A stretch of DNA of 64,000 bases from an uncultured archaeon (GCA_963782915.1 CAWALK010000012.1:64001-128000), one strand, 5' to 3'. Positions 30,410-41,682 are shown, numbered from the stretch's first letter. Numbers and translations are program-made. The notes: generated by a model not told the origin, from the letters alone.

Positions 30410-31817
30410 TTATCGATGAAGCGCCGACATTACACGCCAGAGGTTGTAGTTTATGGCGGTTCGGGTCATGATTTTGCTGTACAGGTTGCCTTTGAGGTAG
30501 CCTTTGTTTGCTTGTCTTAGGATGTAGGCTGGGCTGTAGAATTTGTTGTAGAACTGGCGTCGCATCTGCTGCTATCTCTTTGGCTGGCAGGTTGGGGTCC
30601 TCATAGATGGGGTTCATTGTGTTGTATGTTTTCCAATCCTGAGACATAGGCCAACCTTTCTGGACAACGATTTCGCGTAAATGTGTGCCTGGGTAGGGTG
30701 TTGCGTGGCAGAGCCAAACATCATCTGGCTTTAGGTTTCCCGCAAAATCCAGAGTTTCTTTCAGGGTTTCGCGGGTTTCGCCTGGATAACCAAGTATGAC
30801 TGAGACGGTGACGAACATGCCTGCATCTTTTGCCCATTTGATGGCATTCTGTATTTGTTCGTTAGTGACACCTTTCTTGAGGATAGCACGCATGCTAGCG
30901 CAGCCCGCTTCGACACCGAACATGGTTTCGTCACAATGAGCCTTCGCCATAATGTCGAGGGTTTCTTTGTTAACTACGTCTGCGCGGGTACCGCATCCCC
31001 AGTGCAGCTTAAGCTTGCGCTCTATCATGCCGTTGCAGATTTCTATGACGCGTTTGCGGTCAAAGGTGAATGTGTCGTCTTGGAAGGCGATGCCTTCTGC
31101 GCCGAACTCGTTTTGCAGCCATTCCAGCTCGTCTAGGACGTTTTTGGGGCTGCGTGCACGGAATTTTTGGCCGAACATTTGGCTGGCTACACAGAAGCTA
31201 CAGGCGTAGGGGCAGCCTCTGCTGGTGATGACTGGAAGTAGTTTTCTGTTTGAAACCCAGTATTTTGTAAGGTCTAAGAATTTGTAGCCTGGCTTGGGTA
31301 ATGCGTCGAGGTCTTGAATGAAGGGGCGCATTGGATTCTGAATGATTTCGCCGTCTTTGCGGAAAGTTATGCCTTTAATGTCTGCGAGTTTTTGGCCTGT
31401 TTCGGGTCGTTTGGCGAGTTCGAGGAGGGTTTCTTCGCCTTCGCCTCTTACAATTATGTCCACGGATTTATCGTTAGCTAAAACTTCTTTGTCGCAAAAC
31501 GTTGCATGTGGACCGCCCATGACTACGGTGGCTTCTGGGCAGACTTCTTTGGCGACTTGGCAAACTTTGAATGCTGATTCAATGGTTGGTGTCATGGAGC
31601 CTGTGCCGATGAGGGCTGGCTGAAAAGCTGATAATTCTGCTTTGAGTTGGTCGTGGCTGATGTTGTTGACTGGGCAATCGATGATTTTAACTTCGAACCC
31701 GTTCTGATCCAACACAGCTGCCATGTAGGCTAATCCGAGTGGTGGGAACTGTGGGTGGTGACCGATGTCTACTGGGAGTGGCGGATTTACTAGGGCTACT
31801 TTTTTGTTTGTGGTCAT
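30410..31817 (-). CDS. B12-binding radical SAM protein; +1 frameshift near 30570 in the C-terminal tail
   Basis: PPLGLAY, GGPHAT, GEGEET, SRGCPYACSFC, DDTF; corrected tail FYNKFYSPAY..GNLYSKIMTR matches paralog 38301. Confidence 0.9.
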
Positions 31818-32087
31818 ATGGTCTACACGCACATGTGCTGGAGTGATAATGTTGGGTATAGCTTAACGGACGCTGTTTTTCCTTATGAAGTTTTAGCTAA
31901 CTTTGAGGGTTTATGGATTTTGGGGTTTTGACCTGACTTGGGCTTATCAGGTTTTGTTTTTCTAGTAGTAGTTGAAGGCAGAAACCCGTTATACCCTTCT
32001 TCTTCCAGCGGCTTGTAGTTTGCAGTCTATTTTTGTTTTTGCGTTTGGTGGGCGTTGCAGGTTGGTTGTGGAGACTTGTGCAAGTTG

Positions 32088-34320
32088 TTATCTTTTCATG
32101 AAGACTTTTAGCAGGAGTACAGCCGCCAACAAAACGAGAATAACGATGACTATGATGACTGCGAAAACCCAGATAGGCCATGTTGTAGTCGGCGGCTGGG
32201 TTTCAACTGCTGGACCGAAAGCGTAGATGATGTGGTCGTAGGAGCCGACGTATAGGGTGTCGTGGCTGAGGGCTGGAGAAGAAACCACTTTATCTCCCGT
32301 TTGGTAACTCCAACGGAGCATCCCAGTTAGAGCGTTCACTGCGTAGACTTTGCCGTCGTAGGAACCAAATATCACCGCCCAATTCGTTACCACAGGTGAA
32401 GACGCAACCTCACCATTCGTTGTATACTTCCAGACGAGTTCTCCGTTGGTAGCATTCAATGCGTAGAGGCTCCTGTCTGCTGAGCCCACATAGACATATC
32501 CTTTGGCAAGGGCCCCTGTAGACGAAACAGCGCCGCCCGTAGTGTATTTCCAGAGTAATTCGCCGTTCTGTGTGTTTAGGGCGTAGATGTTGTGGTCGTA
32601 TGAGCCAATGTAGAGTACGCTGTCTTGGATTGCTGGTGAACTGACAACGTAGCCGCCTGTCGTGTACTTCCATAGTAAGTCGCCGTTTGTGGCGTCTAGC
32701 GCGTAGATGTTGCCGTCGTTTGAGCCTATGTAGACTGCGCCGTCTGCGTATGCTGGTGAGGAGAGGGTGATTTGGTCGTCTGTGGTGTACTTCCAGATTA
32801 AGTCGCCGTTAGAAGCGTTTAGTGCGTAGATGCTGTTATCTTCTGATCCCACATAGACTACGCCGTTAACTACTGTAGGCGAGGAGACAACTGCATAGCC
32901 TGTTTGGTAGCTCCACAGATAACTCCCCGTCATGGCGTTTAGGGCGTAGATTTTGCCGTTATATCCACCCACGTAAAGCCTGCCCTCCGTTACCGCGGCT
33001 GAAGAGAACATAATCATGTCGCCCGTATCATAGCTCCAGACGACAGTATTGTGCAGTTCCCAATCGTAGCCCACCATACCCGTGGAGGCGTTCAGGCAGT
33101 AGATTTTCCCATCATGCGACCCCACATACAGCAGCCCATACATGATTGTGGGCGAGGCGTCGATTTGGCCGCCTGTAGCAAAACTCCACAGCAACCTCCC
33201 ATCCGCAGCGTTGAGTGCGTAGAGTTTGCCATCCCACGACCCAACAAAAACCCTACCCGCTGAAACTTCGGGACGAGAAATAATTTGATCACCCGTAGTG
33301 TAACTCCAAATCTGGTTGCCGTCTTGGAGGCTAAGCGCGTAAACTTTCATATCATTAGAACCAATGAACACAACTCCATCGGCAATGTTGGGCGAAGAAG
33401 CTATGCCCGCGCCAGTTATGTAACTCCAAACTTTATCCCCTGACGAGGCATTCAATGCGTAAACCTGATTATCCAGAGAACCAAAAACCACCAAGCCCTC
33501 CGAAACCGCAGGAGAAGAATAAACCCCGTTGCCTGTTGTGTATTTCCATTTCAGAGCTGCCACTGGCTGTATCGAGTGCATAGAGGTTGCCGTCTGAGGA
33601 ACCAACATAAACAGTGCCGTCTGCTACGGCAGGGGTAGAGACGATCTCGTTACCCGTTGTGTAGCTCCATGCCAGTGAGCCTGTGGTTGCGTTTAGGGCG
33701 TAAAGTTTGTGGTCAAGTGACCCCACATAGACGTTGCCGCCGCTGACGGTTGTGGAGGAGAGCATAATTTTATCGCCTGTTTGGTAACTCCAGAGTACTG
33801 CACCTGTTTGGAGTGAGAGGGCGTAGACTTTGCTGTCCTCCGAACCGAAGTAAACCACGCCGTCAACTATTGTTGGGTCGGAGTCAACATAGTAACCCGT
33901 GGCGAAACTCCAAAGTTTGGCGCCCGTTGCAGCATTAAACGCATAGAGGTTGCGATCTTCAGAACCGACGCAGACAATGCCATCTGAGACTGCGGGTTTT
34001 GAGATTATTATGCCGCCTGTTTCTGAAGTCCAGAATATACTGCCTGTTTGGGCATAAAATGCATAGAGCTTATGGTCATAAGAGCCAACATAAATTATCC
34101 CACCGACCGCTGTTGGCGAGCCAACTTGTCCGCCCGTATTGAATCTCCACAGCGTTTGATTTGTCATCGGCGCAACCGCATCCGTGTTGCCTGTATGTGT
34201 GGCGTCTCGGTGGAACATTGGCCACTCATCGTTAGAACTAGGCTGCCCAAACACCACTGAAGGCACCAGAAACAGCAACATAAGTGCGAAGCAGACTATT
34301 GCCTTGTTAACTTTGTCCAC
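32088..34320 (-). CDS. Membrane-anchored double PQQ-like beta-propeller; +1 frameshift near 33558
   Basis: WPMFHRD..HTG, about 16 SSP.V..G.VYVGS.D..YALNA..G..W repeats; signal peptide; C-terminal TM. Confidence 0.85.
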
Positions 34321-34407
34321 CCAGAATAGAATGGTGTTTCAACACTAAAGATTTTTTCGCTAAAACAAAAAAAATATTTAAAAGAAGAATTACTAGGAAA
34401 AAGTAGT

Positions 34408-35508
34408 TTACTTCTTCTCTTTCTTTTGCATCTCAGCCCAAGCCTTAGGAATATAGCCACAGGCTGGGTCAGCCTCAGTAATGTCGCCAGTGTAGGCGTA
34501 CGCTCGGTTTCTGCATCCACCACAAACATCAAGATATTCGCAGACTCCGCATTTGCCTTTGACGACTTTGCGGTCTTGGAATCTGTTGTAGTATTTTGAG
34601 GCTTTGACTTCTTCCCATGCTTGGGTTAAGGGTTTGCTGCGGATGTTGCCTAGCATCATGGGTTCGTTGGGTTGGAGGTCAGTGTAGAAGCAGGGGATTA
34701 AGTCGCCGTTTTCGGTTACGCTTAGGTAGCCGCCGAATGCGAAGTAAGTGCATTTGCCGTGGAACTCTTTCTCGTACCATTCGTTGAATTCTTTTTCTGG
34801 AAGGCGCTGTTTGACGACGCGTGCGAAGAATGGGCAGTGTACGTGGACTTCGAATTTGCCTCTGTATTTCTCGGTGATGTCCCAGATGTGGTTGAGTACC
34901 TCTTCGTACTGTTCGGGGGTGGGTTCTAGTTCCATGGTGGTTTTGGCTCTGCCGCTGGGCACAAGCGCGTTGTACCAGACAAAGTTAGCGTGGTACTTTT
35001 CTGCGAGTTCGGCGACGTGGTCGAGGTGTTTTAGGTTAACTGTTGTTATGGCGCAGGCTAAGCCGTTTAGGATTTTGCCTTCGGCGAGTTTTTCGATGGC
35101 TGCAAGGGCTTTTTTGTAGCTGCCTTTGCCGCGGAGTTCATCGTTGATTTCTTCAGGGCCATCAATGCTTACTGATGACCAAATTTGGTTCTTGACTAAG
35201 TTATCGTAGATTTTGCCGTCAACAAATGCGCCGTTGGTTAAAATGCACACGTTGAGGCCTTTACTTTTTGCGTAGGTGGCGATTTCAAAGATGTCTGGTC
35301 GTGTGAGGGGTTCGCCGCCTTTTAAGCCGAACCATTTTACACCGAATTTGTGCACTTCATCAACGAGGTGGAAGGCTTCTTGCGTTGTCATTTCTCTTGG
35401 GGCATGCTGTCCTGTGGCGTCTACGTTGCAGTATTTGCATCGTGCGTTACAGGCGCCGGTGGCACGCCAAGAAGTCATAAGAAGTGGACCTTTATGTTCA
35501 TCAGTCAA
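34408..35508 (-). CDS. Radical SAM/SPASM protein, paralog of 22658-23770
   Basis: CNARCKYC, GGEPL, CTY..PC, CGVCEYLDVCGGCR..DPAC. Confidence 0.9.
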   Translation of the reverse strand: MTDEHKGPLLMTSWRATGACNARCKYCNVDATGQHAPREMTTQEAFHLVDEVHKFGVKWFGLKGGEPLTRPDIFEIATYAKSKGLNVCILTNGAFVDGKIYDNLVKNQIWSSVSIDGPEEINDELRGKGSYKKALAAIEKLAEGKILNGLACAITTVNLKHLDHVAELAEKYHANFVWYNALVPSGRAKTTMELEPTPEQYEEVLNHIWDITEKYRGKFEVHVHCPFFARVVKQRLPEKEFNEWYEKEFHGKCTYFAFGGYLSVTENGDLIPCFYTDLQPNEPMMLGNIRSKPLTQAWEEVKASKYYNRFQDRKVVKGKCGVCEYLDVCGGCRNRAYAYTGDITEADPACGYIPKAWAEMQKKEKK

Positions 35509-35770
35509 ACTAGAATCCTCTCTCGGTTCCGTTTTTCATTGTTGACTTTAAGGGTTGTTTTCGCCCTAAAATAGTTTACTTGTTGCTTGGCTGTTTTGGT
35601 TTTCTCTTCTTTTTCGCAAGTTTCGCCATCAAGAATTAGAAAAATCTGTGTTTTGTTAGGTTTTGAGTAAACTTTATAGTACAATATGGGTCTGTGTATG
35701 ACTTGGGGCAAGGAATCGACGTATCTCTTGATCAGAATCCAAACTTCGCCCAAAACCTCTGGGGGTAATT

Positions 35771-38299
35771 ATAATTAACAAAAAAATCCTGGTAACCATT
35801 GCTTTAGTTTTCTTGATGTTTTCTTCAGTATTTGCTTCTCTTTCTGTCCATGTATTTGCTCAAGCCGCTGGCAGCGAGAATGAGTATGAGTGGACGCAGC
35901 TTCAAGGCGACTCTTCCACTACTCGCTTCTCCGCGGGGCCTGCTCCAGATACTTCTAACGTACTGTGGAAAGCGAACATAACAGGCATACAGCCCTACCT
36001 ATCGGCGTTTAACGGCAAAATATACGTCGCCAGCACCACCACCGTCTATGCGCTGAACCAAAACGGCAATATTGTTTGGCAAACAAACTTCCCAAACGCC
36101 ACAACCTGGCCAATCGCATACAAAATCGACAATTCTCATATGATTATAGAAAATTATTGCTTTGACCCCGAGACTGGTGCTCTGCTCTGGTTAAGCCCCG
36201 TTTTTAACGCTTACACGGGAATCTTCAACTCTAACGTTTACAGCCCAGAAGAGCAAATGTTCTACGTTAAAGTTGATAGCTACATTGAAGCTTGGAGCTT
36301 CGCCAATCCCAGCCAGCCACCTACAATGATCTGGCGCACCTACATCAGAGGCGGCGGAATAACAGGCATCGGAACAACCTATGGCGACGGAAAAGTCTTC
36401 ACAGGCTCATTCGAGAACATCCAATATGCATTAGACGCCAAAACCGGCAAAACCCTCTGGACAACCAACACCAAAGGCCCCATGGTTTTCACAGGCGCCT
36501 ACGCAGACGGCCTCTACTTCAAAGGCGGAAGCGACGACAACACCATGTACGCTTTTAACGCATCGACAGGCAAAATCGTCTGGACCTACACCCCCGAAAC
36601 AAACGGTTACTTCGTCACGGGCTGTGCAGTCGCCTACGGCATGGTTTACGAGATGAACAAAGACGGTTACCTCTACGCTTTCAACATGTATACCGGCGAC
36701 TTGATGTGGAAATACAAGGGTCCCAACGACTCGTTAATGTGGCCTGGAATGCCCACGGTTGCAGACGGCAAAATCTACTTAACTACAGGCGAATCCGCAC
36801 AATACAACGGACCGGCCGGCACCTCAGAATTTTCTTGCCTAAACGCTTACACCGGACAACAAATTTGGAAACTATCAGACATGGAAGCCCTGCCTCCACG
36901 GGAATCAGCTATCGTGGCTTATGGCACCCTATACATTATCCCCGGCGACGTCACAACCTCAGTCGACACCATTTCAGGCAACGAATACGCCACTGACCAG
37001 CAAGTCTTGGCGATAAAGGATATATCCCCTGATGGAACTCCGACCAAAGTCTCCACTAACTGGAAACAGTGGCGAAATGACCCAACCCACTCCTCAACCG
37101 CATCTGTTGGGCCCGCAAGTTTGAACGTTGCATGGAAGTTTGAAACGGGTGGCTCTGTTATTTCTTCGCCGAGTGTCTCTGATGACATAGTCTATGTGGG
37201 TTCAACGGATGGCTACATCTATGCGTTAGGTGCTTGGGGCGGTAACTTGATTTGGAAATTTAAGACCGATGCACCGGTCGAATCCTCCGTTGCAGTTGCT
37301 AATGGTTATGTGTATACGGGCGGCGATGACGGTTACGTGTACTGCCTCAACCCCTGCACAGGCGCGCAGGTGTGGAAGACGTTTGTTAACGGTAACCAGG
37401 AGTTCACTTTCGGGAACTTGGTTCTGAAATCTTCCCCAGCTGTTGTGGATAAAACAGTTTACATCGGCTCCCTCGATGGCTACCTTTACGCTTTAGATGC
37501 GGATACTGGGAACATTAAATGGAAAACCCCAGCACAAGGACCCATCGAATCATCCCCCGCCGTAGCAGATGGCGCAGTATATTTCACGGCAGAAGAACCT
37601 ACCACTGGTGTTGTCTATAAGCTCGATGCAGCAACTGGCCAAGTGCTCTGGAACTTCAGCATCGCCTATCGCCCATCATTCACGGGCGGAAACCAAATGC
37701 TCGGTTCACCCAGCGTTGCGGAGGGTAAAGTGTTTGCGTCCTCAAACTGGGGCGACTACTACGCTCTTGACACCCAAACAGGCGCAGAAATATGGCACTT
37801 CTACGACACCACCGCCACCGAATTCATCGTATCCTCCCCAATTTGGGTTGACGGCAAAGTCTACTTAATCGACAAATTCGACTTAGCATGCGTAGACGGC
37901 ACCACAGGCAGCGCCATATGGAGCAAATACACAGGCGACGAACTCTACGTTTCACCCTCCTACGCAGACGGCAAAGTCTACATGGTTACCAGTCAACGCC
38001 ACATATTCGTACTCGACGTAGCCAACGGCGGAGTCATAATCGCCAACGCCACCACCGACTCAAGCAGCTGGTCTTCACCCACCATCGCTAACGACAGATT
38101 ATACATCGGCTGCAACGACTGGAACGTCTACTGCTTCGCAGAAACAATCACTCCCCAAACCACCACCACAACAGCAACTCCCGCCCCAACCAGCGGCTCC
38201 GAAGCACCATCAATAATCTACCTTATCGTAATGATAATCGCTATAGTCGCAGTCGCAGCAGTATTGACTTACAGAATAAAAACAGCTAAATTGCAATAG
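35771..38299 (+). CDS. Membrane-anchored double PQQ-like beta-propeller (start probably upstream of TTG 35813)
   Basis: WTQLQGD and WKQWRND..HS domain starts, propeller repeats, Thr linker, TM; in-frame INKKILV signal n-region at 35771-35812. Confidence 0.85.
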   Translation: MINKKILVTIALVFLMFSSVFASLSVHVFAQAAGSENEYEWTQLQGDSSTTRFSAGPAPDTSNVLWKANITGIQPYLSAFNGKIYVASTTTVYALNQNGNIVWQTNFPNATTWPIAYKIDNSHMIIENYCFDPETGALLWLSPVFNAYTGIFNSNVYSPEEQMFYVKVDSYIEAWSFANPSQPPTMIWRTYIRGGGITGIGTTYGDGKVFTGSFENIQYALDAKTGKTLWTTNTKGPMVFTGAYADGLYFKGGSDDNTMYAFNASTGKIVWTYTPETNGYFVTGCAVAYGMVYEMNKDGYLYAFNMYTGDLMWKYKGPNDSLMWPGMPTVADGKIYLTTGESAQYNGPAGTSEFSCLNAYTGQQIWKLSDMEALPPRESAIVAYGTLYIIPGDVTTSVDTISGNEYATDQQVLAIKDISPDGTPTKVSTNWKQWRNDPTHSSTASVGPASLNVAWKFETGGSVISSPSVSDDIVYVGSTDGYIYALGAWGGNLIWKFKTDAPVESSVAVANGYVYTGGDDGYVYCLNPCTGAQVWKTFVNGNQEFTFGNLVLKSSPAVVDKTVYIGSLDGYLYALDADTGNIKWKTPAQGPIESSPAVADGAVYFTAEEPTTGVVYKLDAATGQVLWNFSIAYRPSFTGGNQMLGSPSVAEGKVFASSNWGDYYALDTQTGAEIWHFYDTTATEFIVSSPIWVDGKVYLIDKFDLACVDGTTGSAIWSKYTGDELYVSPSYADGKVYMVTSQRHIFVLDVANGGVIIANATTDSSSWSSPTIANDRLYIGCNDWNVYCFAETITPQTTTTTATPAPTSGSEAPSIIYLIVMIIAIVAVAAVLTYRIKTAKLQ

Positions 38300-38300
38300 C

Positions 38301-39776
38301 TTAAGCTTGGGCTTCCTGCTCTTTAGTGGAAGTACTATAGCCGCCGGCGCTCTTCTTTGCGCCCCTCACTTTACTTAATCTTCTAAAAGTCCACATGGCT
38401 GCTTTATTATTCCAAACCAGATGGTTCAGCGCTGCCCGTGCCATGATTTGGCTGTAGAAATCTCCTTTGAGTTTTTTGCGCAGGAAATAGCCTGTGGTGA
38501 AGTAGTGGTCGAAGAATTCCTTCTTGACCTCTTCGAGTCTCTCGAGTGGGAGGAGTGTGTTTGTGAAGATTTGGGTTTCTTCGCGGTACTGGTTCCAAGT
38601 CGAGGGTACTTCTAAGCCGAGTTCTTTGATGAAGCTGGCTAATTCGGTGCCTGGGTATGGGACTGCTTCGCACATGTAGACGTAGTCGGGTTTGGTTTTG
38701 TGGAGGAAATCGATGGTTTGCTGCAGCATCTCGGGGGTTTCAGTGGGGTAACCGATGACCAGTGAGACGGCGACGGATAAGCCTGCTTCTTTAGCCCATT
38801 TGATGGCTTGCGCGTTTAATTCGACGGTGGTGCCTTTGCGCATGAGTTTGAGCATTTCTGGGCTGCCTGATTCGACGCCGAAATGGATAAGCTGGCAGTT
38901 AGTAGCCTTCAACTTCGCCAAAAGCTCTTTTGAGACGCGGTCGACTCTGGTTCTGCAATCCCATGGAAGGTCTACTTTGCGTTTCTGCATCTCATCACAG
39001 ATAGCAAAAGCACGCTTCAAATCAAAAGTAAACGTATCATCATAGAAAGCAAACGCGCCCGCATGGTACTCATCCCTTAACCATTCCAGTTCATCCACAA
39101 CTTTACTTGGGCTCCGTCCGCGGAAGCCGTGACCGCACATTTTCCTTGCTAAACAGAACGTGCATGCGGATGGGCAGCCTCGGCTGGTGATGATGGGCAT
39201 GTAGTTTACGCCGAAGAGTTTGTACATGTTTGTGTCGAAGTGGTGATGGGCTGGGTGGGGTAGTGAGTCGATGTCTGTCATGAAGGGGCGGTCGGGTGTT
39301 TGGATGATTTGGTTGTTGTTTTTGTATGTGATGCCTTGGACTTGGCTGAGGTTTTTGAGGTTACCCTCCGAAACCATTTTTGCCAATTCGAGCATGGTTT
39401 GTTCGCCTTCACCGCGAACTACGATGTCAAGGTTGCCGCTTTCATTGATTGCTTCTTGGTCAAGCACGGTTACGTGGGGTCCACCCATCAGCGTCAAAGC
39501 TTTGGGCACTGCGGCTTTGGCTGTTTTCAAAACATCAAGTGCTGGCAGATAAGTAACAGTAGCCGAGGTAACGCCGATAATGTCGGGGTTTAAACTTCGG
39601 AATTTCTCTTCCAACGTTTTCTGGTCTGGCTTGGTGATTTGGCAATCAACCACATCAACCTTGTAACCTTCCTGTTCGAGAACTGCTGCCAAGTAGCCGA
39701 TGCCAAGCGGCAGAAAGATAGATTGTGAAGCTTCTGGCGGATATGGTGGATTTACAAGTGCTACGTGGGCTTTCAC
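38301..39776 (-). CDS. B12-binding radical SAM protein
   Basis: LPLGIGYL, GGPHVT, GEGEQT, SRGCPSACTFC, DDTF, GVESG. Confidence 0.9.
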   Translation of the reverse strand: MKAHVALVNPPYPPEASQSIFLPLGIGYLAAVLEQEGYKVDVVDCQITKPDQKTLEEKFRSLNPDIIGVTSATVTYLPALDVLKTAKAAVPKALTLMGGPHVTVLDQEAINESGNLDIVVRGEGEQTMLELAKMVSEGNLKNLSQVQGITYKNNNQIIQTPDRPFMTDIDSLPHPAHHHFDTNMYKLFGVNYMPIITSRGCPSACTFCLARKMCGHGFRGRSPSKVVDELEWLRDEYHAGAFAFYDDTFTFDLKRAFAICDEMQKRKVDLPWDCRTRVDRVSKELLAKLKATNCQLIHFGVESGSPEMLKLMRKGTTVELNAQAIKWAKEAGLSVAVSLVIGYPTETPEMLQQTIDFLHKTKPDYVYMCEAVPYPGTELASFIKELGLEVPSTWNQYREETQIFTNTLLPLERLEEVKKEFFDHYFTTGYFLRKKLKGDFYSQIMARAALNHLVWNNKAAMWTFRRLSKVRGAKKSAGGYSTSTKEQEAQA

Positions 39777-39935
39777 GTTGGTACCCCAAGATTTACTGAA
39801 AAACACGGTCTGCGAAGCTATTATGTTTTACGTAAATTGCCATCGGTATGCGCTTTGTGGTTGCAAAAACGGAAGGTTTTTTATTTTAACCACCCAACTA
39901 GCGATCTATCTATCATTGTCTTGGAGTAAAGTGGC

Positions 39936-41483
39936 TTGTCAGCGGACTTAGCAATCATAAATGCAAACATAAAAACCATGAACCCCAACCAACCCACCGC
40001 ACAAGCAGTAGCCATAACCAAAAACAGAATCACCAAAGTCGGCTCCAACCAAGACATAGAACCCCTAATCGGCGAGTCCACCACGGTCATGGACCTAGAA
40101 GGTAAAACTGTTCTGCCTGGATTAATTGATACCCACATCCACGTCGCCGATTATGGGCGATGTCTCATGTGGCTCGACCTTTCGAGCGCAAAATCCATCG
40201 CAGAACTCCAACAACTCATCAAAGAAAAAGCAAAAACCCTGTTTTCTGGTCAATGGATTATTGGGCAAGGCTGGAACGAAACCCGCTTCAAAGAACAGCG
40301 AGTGCCCTCAGCCGAGGATTTGGATGAGGCTTCACCCAACAACCCAGTTATCCTCTACCGCGAAGCAGCCATGATTTGCGCAGCCAACACAAAAGCAATC
40401 GAGCTAGCAAAAGTAACTGAACAAACCTCTGCACCCCAAGGCGGCGCAATAGACAAAACCGCAAGCGGCAAACCCATGGGCATTTTCCGCGACACCGCCG
40501 CCAATCTCATTTGGCAAGCCGTGCCCGAACCCACCGAGGACGAGTTGCTGGCGGCAACGGCGCAGGCATGCCAAAAAATCTTCCAAGCAGGCATAACCAG
40601 CCTCAACTGGCTCGTTATCTCGGAGGGCGAACTCTCGATAATCCAGCGGCTGCACGAGCAGGACAGGTTGCTTTTCAGAGTTAACGTGGTGGTTCCAGAG
40701 GCGTTGCTGGAGAAAGTCGTTGCTTTAAAGTCAAAAGACCGTGACGTGCTGCGGGTTGGGGGCGCCTTCATCGTCGTCGACGGCTACTTAGACTCCAAAG
40801 AAGCCGCATTGCAGAAACCCTACAGTGACGACCCAAGCAACTGCGGCAAAATGCTTCTCACACAAGAGGCATTGGCTAATTCGGTTCAGAGAGCAATTGC
40901 CTTTGGTGTTCAACCAGTCATCCACGCTATGGGCGACAAAGCCATCGATACAACACTAACAGTGATCGAGCAAACCAAAAAAACGGACATTCGCTTCCGA
41001 ATCGAACAGGCTGCAGTCCTAGATAAATTATTAATCAAGCGCCTCAAAAAACAAGATGTCGTCGTTTCCATCCAGCCTAAAGTTATTTCAACGGAATTCA
41101 CGGTTTGGTCAGCTAATCAGCGCCTTGGCAACCGCGCACGACTGCTACATCCACTCAAAACCCTCCTTGATGAAGGCGTTAGGGTTGCGGCTGGTTCAGA
41201 TTGTCCTATGGAGCCGTTGAGTGCACTGTTGGGTGTTCAGGAAATGGTGACAAGGCAAAGCTATCCCGAGCAACGACTCAGTGTTGACGAAGCAATTCGT
41301 CTGTACACTTTGGATGCCGCTTACTGTTCGGGTGAAGAGAACATTAAGGGTTCCATTGAAGAGGGCAAACTAGCCGACCTAACAATCCTTTCTAAGGACC
41401 TTGCATCGGTTGAGCCTGGAAAAATCAGTCAAGTAGCCGTAGATTTTGTTGTATTAAACGGCAAAGTGCTAGTCGTTACCTAG
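39936..41483 (+). CDS. Amidohydrolase 3 (YtcJ-like) with altered metal ligands
   Basis: PGLIDTHIH, HAMGD, RIEQ (usually RIEH), GSDCP, GSIEEGKLAD. Confidence 0.85.
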   Translation: MSADLAIINANIKTMNPNQPTAQAVAITKNRITKVGSNQDIEPLIGESTTVMDLEGKTVLPGLIDTHIHVADYGRCLMWLDLSSAKSIAELQQLIKEKAKTLFSGQWIIGQGWNETRFKEQRVPSAEDLDEASPNNPVILYREAAMICAANTKAIELAKVTEQTSAPQGGAIDKTASGKPMGIFRDTAANLIWQAVPEPTEDELLAATAQACQKIFQAGITSLNWLVISEGELSIIQRLHEQDRLLFRVNVVVPEALLEKVVALKSKDRDVLRVGGAFIVVDGYLDSKEAALQKPYSDDPSNCGKMLLTQEALANSVQRAIAFGVQPVIHAMGDKAIDTTLTVIEQTKKTDIRFRIEQAAVLDKLLIKRLKKQDVVVSIQPKVISTEFTVWSANQRLGNRARLLHPLKTLLDEGVRVAAGSDCPMEPLSALLGVQEMVTRQSYPEQRLSVDEAIRLYTLDAAYCSGEENIKGSIEEGKLADLTILSKDLASVEPGKISQVAVDFVVLNGKVLVVT

Positions 41484-41649
41484 ATAGCAAAGTGGCAGTA
41501 AGTCTATTGCTGGGCTTGATTTGGGAAGAGTGTGTTATCGCCAAACCCTTGAACAATGGGCGTACCTGTGAGGTTGGGTTAAGCTGCAAAAATATTTAGT
41601 CACTATACCCAAACTGAAATCTGACTTATGAGTCCGACTGGATGCTTAT

Positions 41650-41682
41650 TATAGGGGATAGGGGGTAGCTGGCAGAGCAACA
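41650..41682 (+). repeat. Dispersed TATA/G-string repeat copy
   Basis: TATAGGGGATAGGGGGTAGCTGGCAGAGCAACA, matches 15138-15170. Confidence 0.75.

Noticed and set aside
4540-34320. Calling the frameshifted genes pseudogenes
   Set aside because: Each has exactly one +1 indel and intact motifs on both sides, which fits sequencing error better than decay
22658-35508. Naming the two SPASM paralogs ahbC/ahbD or pqqE
   Set aside because: The SPASM motif is shared by many subfamilies; no siroheme, heme or PQQ pathway genes nearby
32088-38299. Beta-propellers as true PQQ-dependent dehydrogenases
   Set aside because: No vicinal Cys-Cys or recognisable catalytic insertions; no pqqA-D in the window; repeats look BamB/AfsK-like
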